A program made the position numbers and the translations under genes. From assembly GCA_019695215.1 (NCBI GenBank), contig JAIBAK010000001.1, positions 17,028 to 81,027 of the forward strand: 64,000 nt of DNA, given 5' to 3'. This stretch comes from Bacteroidia bacterium. GTDB lineage: Bacteria; Bacteroidota; Bacteroidia; UKL13-3. Below, one piece after another: positions 57,007-64,000 of the stretch. The notes under the pieces were generated by a model. It searched no databases, was not told the DNA's origin, and saw only the letters and a list, made by a program, of their open reading frames with translations. The first letter of the stretch is position 1; each line of letters starts with the position of its first letter.

Positions 57007-59664
57007 TTGTTTTATTTAAATAAACCCCTTCGTTTTCTACTTATTATAGTGGCTGTATCGGCTTGCAGTCCTACTAAAGATAATTTTTTTAACCGTTCGT
57101 ATCAAAATCTCGTAGCGCGCGACAATCCTTATTTTAATGCACGCGAAAAACTTAAAGAGTCGGTAAAAGCACTTAATGCCTCGCATTTAGACGATCATAC
57201 AAAAGTATTGGATGTGTATGCCTACGGAACTGAAAAAGATTCAAAAGGCATGTTGCCTCAAATGGATGAAATTTATAAAAAATGTTCTAATGTCATTCAG
57301 CGCAGGCCACTGTCAAAATGGATTGATGATACCTACATGCTCATTGGTAAATCGCATTTTTTTAAACGCGATTATTTTGCAGCATTAGAGGTTTTTCAAT
57401 ATGTAAGTTCTAAGTACAAAGATAAAAATCCGGTGATAGCCAAAGAGGCAGAAATATGGATAGCGAAGTGTTATCTTTATATGGACAAACCCGGTGAGGC
57501 TGAAGCGGTAATCAGTTTACTGATGGCCGAGAAAAATTTCCCGAAAGAATTAACCGGCTTTTTAAATGCTACTGCGGCTGCAGTATATATCCGTCAGGAA
57601 AAATACATAAGCGCGCTTCCTAAAATGAAAATTGCCGTGGCCGAGGCAAAAGGAAGAAAGGATAAAATAAGGTACAATTATATTTTGGCGCAATTGTATG
57701 AAGAGGCCGGGCAAAACGGAGCGGCTATAGCACATTATCGTCAGGTAATAAAACGCACACCTGCCTATGAGTTTGAGTTTAATTCAAAACTGAGTATTGC
57801 CAAACTTTATAATCCGGCAAATAAAAATGCGGCCAAACAGGTGCGCAGAGATTTTAAAAAGTTGCTGCGTGACGACAAGAATATTGATTACTTCGACCAG
57901 ATTTATTATGAGATGGGAAATATTGAGTATCGCGAGAAAAAAATCCCTGAGGCCATCAAATATTATAAGCAATCGGTACTAACAAGTAAGAGTAACCAAA
58001 AGCAAAAATCCCTTTCGTACTATGCATTAGCCAGGCTTTATTTTGCACAGCCCGAATATTCGCTGGCGCAAGCTTATTACGATTCATTAAGCACCACCAT
58101 GCCTCCCGATTTTCCGGATTACAAAAAAATCATGGATACGCGGAATGTGCTTTCTGAACTAATAAAAAACATGACGGTGATACGCACAGAAGACAGTTTA
58201 CAAAGTATGGCTAAGCTTTCGCCCGATGCGCTGGAGAAAAAAATAAATTACCTGATAGAAAAGGAAAAACAACGTAAGGCAGAAGAAGCAAAGAATAAAA
58301 AGATAAAAGATCAGCAGGCGAAAAATCAGGCAGACAATGCCAACGCCATGCAGCAAAATGTTATTACGGCATCTTCCGGTGTGGGGTCCTGGTATTTTTA
58401 TAATCCGGTAAGTGTTAATCAGGGAAAAATTGATTTTGTAAAGAAATGGGGAGACAGAAAACTTGAGGATAACTGGAGAATAAGCAGTAAGGAAAAAGAA
58501 CTTGTACTGGATGATCCGAATTCCACAGATACCAGCACCGCAAAGCCGGGCGAGAAGAAGGATGAACAAATAACAGAGGAAAAGGAACAGGATTTAATTT
58601 CCAATGTTCCGGCCGATAAGAAAAAGTTTTATGAGAACCTGCCCACTACCTCAAAGGCATTAAAGGAATCGGATAGCCGCATTATGGAAGCTTATTACAA
58701 TCTTGGTATTATTTATCAGGAGAAGCTGGATGACGACAGGGAGGCCACCAAAACTTTTGATACCTTGCTTAAGCGTTATCCGTCAAATAAATTTGAGCCT
58801 GAAGTATTATACCGGTTGTATAAAATGCATGTGGATGCCCGCAATCAGGAACTGGCAGATAAGTATAAAAAGCAATTGATTGATAAATATCCCATGTCGG
58901 AGTACGCATTGATTTTATCAGGTAAATCAAACAGAGATAATAATACAGATAAGGAGCTGGAAGCATATTACCAGACCACTTACGAGCACTATAAAAAATT
59001 TGAATGCGATCAGGTATTAAGCAAAGTCAGTGAATCCGACCGTTTATTTCCGGGCAGTGTATTAAAACCTAAATTTGATTTACTCCGGAGTTTTTGCATA
59101 GGGAGAACTGTGGCTCAGGATAGTTTTAAAGTGGTATTGCAAAACGTAGCTGAATCGTACCCGGGAACCGATGTGGCCGAAAAAGCTAAGCAGGTAATTG
59201 CTGCCATGAAAGAGATGGCTGAAAGGAGAAAACGCGATTCATTACAAGCCTTAATGCCGAAAGACTCGCTGGCCGCGGCAGCAAAAAAATCAAAAAACTA
59301 TGATTTCAGCGGGACGGATGAAAAACATTTTTACATCATTGTATTGCCGCTTCAAGGAATAGCTATTGGCGATTTAAAAGCCCGGGTGGCCGACTACAAC
59401 TCGGAGTTTCATCAGCTGGAGGGTTTGCAGATAAGCGCGCTTGTGCTTAGCGATGACAAACAATTGTTTGTGGTAAAAGAGTTTCCCAATGATAAAAAGG
59501 CGATGGGGTACCTCAAAGAGTTTGAAGAGACAAACAAAATTCTTCAAACGTTTGGTATTACCGACTATGAGCATTTTATTATTTCATCCACTAACTTTGT
59601 TAAATTGCTAAGGGGGAAAAATCTTCCGGAGTACCTGGAAATGTATAAACAGAAATTTAAATAG
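57007..59664 (+). CDS. TPR-repeat lipoprotein, possible T9SS component PorW/SprE
   Basis: Lipobox VSAC followed by KDNFFNRSYQNLVARDNPYFNA, which resembles the SprE/PorW N-terminus as I recall it. It has multiple TPR-like Y/A/L patterns, a central K/E/Q-rich segment and a size of ~880 aa. TTG start. Confidence 0.45.
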   Translation: MFYLNKPLRFLLIIVAVSACSPTKDNFFNRSYQNLVARDNPYFNAREKLKESVKALNASHLDDHTKVLDVYAYGTEKDSKGMLPQMDEIYKKCSNVIQRRPLSKWIDDTYMLIGKSHFFKRDYFAALEVFQYVSSKYKDKNPVIAKEAEIWIAKCYLYMDKPGEAEAVISLLMAEKNFPKELTGFLNATAAAVYIRQEKYISALPKMKIAVAEAKGRKDKIRYNYILAQLYEEAGQNGAAIAHYRQVIKRTPAYEFEFNSKLSIAKLYNPANKNAAKQVRRDFKKLLRDDKNIDYFDQIYYEMGNIEYREKKIPEAIKYYKQSVLTSKSNQKQKSLSYYALARLYFAQPEYSLAQAYYDSLSTTMPPDFPDYKKIMDTRNVLSELIKNMTVIRTEDSLQSMAKLSPDALEKKINYLIEKEKQRKAEEAKNKKIKDQQAKNQADNANAMQQNVITASSGVGSWYFYNPVSVNQGKIDFVKKWGDRKLEDNWRISSKEKELVLDDPNSTDTSTAKPGEKKDEQITEEKEQDLISNVPADKKKFYENLPTTSKALKESDSRIMEAYYNLGIIYQEKLDDDREATKTFDTLLKRYPSNKFEPEVLYRLYKMHVDARNQELADKYKKQLIDKYPMSEYALILSGKSNRDNNTDKELEAYYQTTYEHYKKFECDQVLSKVSESDRLFPGSVLKPKFDLLRSFCIGRTVAQDSFKVVLQNVAESYPGTDVAEKAKQVIAAMKEMAERRKRDSLQALMPKDSLAAAAKKSKNYDFSGTDEKHFYIIVLPLQGIAIGDLKARVADYNSEFHQLEGLQISALVLSDDKQLFVVKEFPNDKKAMGYLKEFEETNKILQTFGITDYEHFIISSTNFVKLLRGKNLPEYLEMYKQKFK

Positions 59665-61865
59665 TGAATATTAAAAACTGGTTTTATAATAAAGATTACA
59701 AAGCACTCCTCATTGTGTTTTGGTCACTGTTTATTTGCTTTATTATTTCCATATGGTTACTGTTTTATGGTGTTACCAAAGAGTGGTTTGGGGCTTTACC
59801 TAAACTGGAGCAACTGGAAAATCCCAAAAGTGCTCTTGCATCCGAAGTGATTTCGGGCGATGGGGTTTTACTTGGGAAATATTATTTGCAAAACAGGTCG
59901 AATGCCACCTTTAAAGAATTAAGCCCGAATCTGATTCATGCCCTCATCGCTACAGAGGATATTCGGTTTTACAAACACTCGGGTATTGATTTGACAGGAA
60001 CCTTTGCCATCATGTTTTATACGGCCATTGGTAAAAACAGAGGATCAAGCACCATCACGCAGCAGTTGGCAAAAAATCTTTACGGGAGACCTAAACATCC
60101 GAGTTTTCTTGATAAAGTAGCTACTAAGTTTAAAGAATGGGTAGTTGCCGTAAGGCTTGAAGAGCGATACACTAAGGAAGAATTGCTTACACTGTATTTT
60201 AATACTGTTGCTTTTTCGGGAAACGCATATGGCATCAAGGCCGGTTCAAAATATTTTTTTGATAAAACACCGGATCAGCTAAGTAAACCTGAGGCCGCGA
60301 TGCTCGTAGGAGTATTAAAAGGGATAACTTTTTACAGCCCGATTAAAAACCCTGACCGTTGTCTTAACAGACGAAATACGGTACTGCATCAAATGAACAA
60401 GTACGGCTATCTGGGTGATGACGAATTTGCAAAATTTAAAGCCGAACCAATTGCATTAAACCTGACCGAAGAAGATCACAACGAAGGACTCGCAACGTAT
60501 TTCAGGGAGTGGCTGCGTTTACAAATGGTCGACTGGTGTAAGGAGAACGGATACGATTTGTATCGTGACGGATTAAAGATTTATACCACCATCGACAGCC
60601 GCATGCAGCAGTATGCCGAGGAGGCCGTAACTCAGCGGTTATCCGAATTACAAAAAGTATTTTACGGACACTGGAAGGGAAGAGAGCCCTGGGGGAAATT
60701 CACCGAACTGATTGATCAGGGCATAAAACGTTCGGAGCGTTATATGCAAATGAAACGTTTGAGGTATTCAGACGAAGAAATAAAGCGAGTATTTAATATT
60801 CCTGTAAGAATGAAAGTATTTAGCTGGCAGGGGGAAAAAGATACCCTTATGACACCGCTTGATTCGATTAAGTATTATAAGTATTTTTTATTAGCCGGTT
60901 TTATGTCGATGGATCCTGCCAACGGACAAATAAAAGCGTGGGTGGGCGGCCCGAATTACAAATATTTTAAATATGATCACGTCAATACCGAAAGTAAACG
61001 GCAGGTAGGTTCAACTTTTAAGCCGCTTGTATACACTCTGGCAGTTGATAACGGATATTCTCCGTGTCAGAAAGTGCCTAACCTTCCTGTTACGTTTGAA
61101 GATTACGATAATTACACGCCTACCAATGCCGATGGGAAAGAAGGAGGAGAACTAACCCTGTACAAAGGCTTGCAGATGTCGGTGAATAATATTGTGATGT
61201 ACCTTATGAAAAAATTAGGTCCCGATGGACCTAAATCTGTCATTGATCTGGCGCATAAAATGGGCGTGAGCAGCAATATGGAGCCTTACCCGTCAATCGC
61301 ATTGGGAGCTCCCGATATTTCGGTTTATGAAATGGTGGGAGCCTTTGCAACTTATGCCAATAAAGGCGTTTGGACCGAACCGGTTTACATTACCCGCATA
61401 GAAGATAAAGAGGGCAATGTTATTAAAGAGTTTGTCCCACGTACTGTTGAAGCCATGAGCGAGCAAACGGCCTATGTGATGTGCAAAATGATGGAGCGGG
61501 TGGTGTTACACGGAACTGCTGCCAAGCTCAGGTATTTTTATCAGGTAACTGCGCCCACCGCAGGCAAAACAGGAACTACACAAAACAATTCCGATGGATG
61601 GTTTATGAGTATTACTCCTAATCTTGTTTCGGGTGTATGGGTAGGTTGCGAGGATCGTGCAGTGCATTTCCGGTCGCTTGATTTAGGGTCCGGAGCCAAT
61701 ATGGCAATGCCGGTATATGCCTATTATGCAAAAAAGGTATATGCCGATTCCTCTCTGTCCGTTCCGCAAATTCCGTTTATGCCACCAAAGGAAGATTTAA
61801 CTATCGAAATCAATTGCGATAATTACGAAAACGACAACGAGACCAAAATTGATTTTATAGAATAA
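59664..61865 (+). CDS. mrcA: Class A penicillin-binding protein (PBP1A: GT51 transglycosylase + transpeptidase)
   Basis: N-terminal TM. GT51 motifs ATEDIRFYKHSGID and RGSSTITQQLAKN. Transpeptidase motifs GSTFKP and KTGTT. The GTG start overlaps the upstream TAG by 1 nt. Confidence 0.9.
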   Translation: MNIKNWFYNKDYKALLIVFWSLFICFIISIWLLFYGVTKEWFGALPKLEQLENPKSALASEVISGDGVLLGKYYLQNRSNATFKELSPNLIHALIATEDIRFYKHSGIDLTGTFAIMFYTAIGKNRGSSTITQQLAKNLYGRPKHPSFLDKVATKFKEWVVAVRLEERYTKEELLTLYFNTVAFSGNAYGIKAGSKYFFDKTPDQLSKPEAAMLVGVLKGITFYSPIKNPDRCLNRRNTVLHQMNKYGYLGDDEFAKFKAEPIALNLTEEDHNEGLATYFREWLRLQMVDWCKENGYDLYRDGLKIYTTIDSRMQQYAEEAVTQRLSELQKVFYGHWKGREPWGKFTELIDQGIKRSERYMQMKRLRYSDEEIKRVFNIPVRMKVFSWQGEKDTLMTPLDSIKYYKYFLLAGFMSMDPANGQIKAWVGGPNYKYFKYDHVNTESKRQVGSTFKPLVYTLAVDNGYSPCQKVPNLPVTFEDYDNYTPTNADGKEGGELTLYKGLQMSVNNIVMYLMKKLGPDGPKSVIDLAHKMGVSSNMEPYPSIALGAPDISVYEMVGAFATYANKGVWTEPVYITRIEDKEGNVIKEFVPRTVEAMSEQTAYVMCKMMERVVLHGTAAKLRYFYQVTAPTAGKTGTTQNNSDGWFMSITPNLVSGVWVGCEDRAVHFRSLDLGSGANMAMPVYAYYAKKVYADSSLSVPQIPFMPPKEDLTIEINCDNYENDNETKIDFIE

Positions 61866-61873
61866 GTGTCGCT

Positions 61874-63352
61874 TTAGTTACAAGGCATATTTTTTCGGTT
61901 AATGATCAGGGATACCCCGTTTTTACTTACAGAGGCTTTTCCCTTTTTGTCAAAATAAATTTCCCCGTCATATTGTGTTGGAATAATTACTTCTCCCTTG
62001 TTATTGAATAAGCCGAATTTGCCATTTTTTACAACGGTAATATCATTTGAAGCGCTGAAAGCAGATACACGCTCATAGATGCAAGGAACAATTATATTTC
62101 CATTGATATCAGCTACTCCATAAGTTGCTGCTGAATCATCCTTGATGCTTAACCATTTTTGTCGGGCCGACAGTAAAGTAATATCTGAATAGTACGGAGG
62201 TATCAGCACTGTACCGGTTAAACTAAGTAAACCTGTTTTGTTTTTATTTTTGCAGATAATTACCTTCCTGTTTTTCTCTTCACCATAGGAAATAGTGTAT
62301 AGTGACTGATAGACCACAGGTATAATAAGGCGTCCGTCTTTGTGTAATATTCCCGACCTTTCAGTTGAATCGGTCACCAGAATCAGCTCATCATTCATAA
62401 ACGTGCAGCTTTTCCATTTGCCTGTTTTCCCAACAATTTTCCCGCTTTTATCAAGTATAAACCATTGTCCGTTTTTAGCAGCAGTGGTGAGCTGAAAATC
62501 GCGGGAATTAACTTCATCAAAAGAGTCCTTTGGAAATATTCCTGTTTGGTAGTTGTACAGAACATATTTGTCAGCTCTTGAAATAGCAATGATTGGGTCA
62601 CTATTATTAGCGATGATCATGTTGTAGGATGTGTCACCCAAAAAAAATCCTTTTTTTACCATGAACGCCAAACAGGCATTCTCATTTACCCAGGCTGCAA
62701 ATACGTTTTCTGAAACGGCATCGATAGAAGTAAATTCTGGCGGTATCACCCAGCCATGTGCATCAATAAGCCCTTTCGTCATTACACCATTTTCTTTTTG
62801 ACCCACTAAAACCAAATCATTGCCTATTGATTGCCAGCTGCTGAAAATGCATGGGAAAAGGAATGAATCATTTCCGGCATTAATGAAGCCATATTTGTTA
62901 TCCTTTGTCACTGAAATCAGTTTATTTCCCCCGCAAAAAGATTCTGCGTTGTCAAACTGAGGTTCAATTTTTTTGCCTGTTTTCGTGTTATAAAGAGTAA
63001 CTTTATTTAACGTGTCATAAAGCATCAGGTATTGCCACTGTTCCTTTTTGTTTTCAGAACTTAACTCTTCAATGCTGGTGTAAATTGCAGGGAAAACTGT
63101 ACTTCCGTTAGCAGAAACTAATCCAACCCTGCTCCCGAAAGCTTCAACTTTAAACCATCCGTTTTCCAATGCCTCAATTGAGTGATACCTTTTATTGTCA
63201 ATTGGTTTTTTTGTTTTTTTCTGCACAAGGTAATAAGGCAAACCATCGGTAACGGTATCATTTACCGCCACTTCAAAAAGTTTGTTCTGTGCCATACAGG
63301 GAGTCACAAACAAGAGTCCCGTCAATAATAAATAAAACGATTTTAATCTCAT
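61874..63352 (-). CDS. WG-repeat (KWG-type) secreted protein
   Basis: Signal peptide present. Repeated patterns such as NKYGFINAGNDSFLFPCIF, GKFGLFNNKGEVIIPTQYD and TGLLSLTGTVLIPPYY. Confidence 0.7.
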   Translation of the reverse strand: MRLKSFYLLLTGLLFVTPCMAQNKLFEVAVNDTVTDGLPYYLVQKKTKKPIDNKRYHSIEALENGWFKVEAFGSRVGLVSANGSTVFPAIYTSIEELSSENKKEQWQYLMLYDTLNKVTLYNTKTGKKIEPQFDNAESFCGGNKLISVTKDNKYGFINAGNDSFLFPCIFSSWQSIGNDLVLVGQKENGVMTKGLIDAHGWVIPPEFTSIDAVSENVFAAWVNENACLAFMVKKGFFLGDTSYNMIIANNSDPIIAISRADKYVLYNYQTGIFPKDSFDEVNSRDFQLTTAAKNGQWFILDKSGKIVGKTGKWKSCTFMNDELILVTDSTERSGILHKDGRLIIPVVYQSLYTISYGEEKNRKVIICKNKNKTGLLSLTGTVLIPPYYSDITLLSARQKWLSIKDDSAATYGVADINGNIIVPCIYERVSAFSASNDITVVKNGKFGLFNNKGEVIIPTQYDGEIYFDKKGKASVSKNGVSLIINRKNMPCN

Positions 63353-63355
63353 TGC

Positions 63356-64000
63356 CTACAGGTATCCGTTTTTTGCGAGCCAGCTTATTCCTTTTTTAAA
63401 TAAATATGTTGCGTTTGTATCGGAATAAGTATGAATTACTTTACCTGAAGCATCAGTAATGGTTACGTTAATGGTGTAATACCTGTCAGGGGCAGCCACA
63501 TTTATTTTTGCAATAAGTTTTTTCGATAAATTGAACACATGTACACTATAATTTTGCTGATTAGGCATTCTGAAATTTTCATACGAACCAATGGGAACTC
63601 CTCCTTGCAGAATTTGGGTTTCAATATAGGAAACGGGGGCGCTGCGGTCGCGCTCATTCCCTCCCCCAGGTGCAAGTGTTGCCGATGCATTGTAACCCCT
63701 GTGTTTTTTTATGAAGGCATCACGATACGCAGTGTTGTATCCCTGTGCAGTAAGAATCGAATCTGTTCCGAAAAACTGCGCCAGCTCTTTGGCATAAGCA
63801 TCGCACACGCGGGGCAGGTATGATTTTTTATCGTCCAAAAACATAATTTTACCCTCCATTCCCTCAAACAGAAAACGGGGCGTGCCTGTTACATCATAAA
63901 CAGTAAACTCGGCAATGGTGCCGGCCATAATACTGGCTTTTTTTGTTTTTAATACGGTACAAATTTTCTGTCCGTTTACTTTTACAATGCTGTCTTCTTC
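63356..64000 (-). CDS. Hypothetical protein, 5' end beyond the window
   Basis: The frame stays open upstream of the ATG at 63928 to the window edge (…EEDSIVKVNGQKICTVLKTKKASIMAGT…). I recognise no motif. It is 3 nt from the downstream WG-repeat gene. Confidence 0.45.
   Translation of the reverse strand, partial: EEDSIVKVNGQKICTVLKTKKASIMAGTIAEFTVYDVTGTPRFLFEGMEGKIMFLDDKKSYLPRVCDAYAKELAQFFGTDSILTAQGYNTAYRDAFIKKHRGYNASATLAPGGGNERDRSAPVSYIETQILQGGVPIGSYENFRMPNQQNYSVHVFNLSKKLIAKINVAAPDRYYTINVTITDASGKVIHTYSDTNATYLFKKGISWLAKNGYL

Overview
This window is a Bacteroidota-type chromosomal segment, judged from Por/T9SS C-terminal sorting domains, TAnnTTTG-like promoter boxes and gene order. It is mostly core genome. 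(1) A complete, tightly coupled division/cell-wall (dcw) cluster runs from mraZ to ftsZ (8.2-24.0 kb, + strand), with an MraZ-box array upstream and one unannotatable small ORF wedged between murG and murC. (2) An F1Fo ATP synthase operon, atpZ to atpG (50.0-55.7 kb, - strand), is preceded by an M23 peptidase and bactofilin pair. (3) Three SurA/parvulin-like chaperone genes are followed by moxR and ybeY. (4) The rest includes LptD-like, YraN, MscL, ThiL, a GT2 plus large polytopic membrane protein pair, PBP1A, and a TPR lipoprotein that may be PorW/SprE. Seven secreted proteins with T9SS C-terminal domains are interspersed. The most unusual structure is at 28.3-34.1 kb. A ~0.78 kb direct repeat at 5,013-bp spacing carries a second, truncated murF 3' end plus the tail of a Cys-rich T9SS cargo gene, and it brackets a 3.6 kb SBBP-propeller/subtilase gene. 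Its identity profile is mosaic: 623 bp are identical, and the flanking murF-derived part differs only by synonymous changes. This points to recombination or gene conversion rather than simple pseudogene decay. I found no rRNA, tRNA, CRISPR array, transposase or prophage genes. All calls come from reading the sequence and ORF translations by eye. No database search was run.
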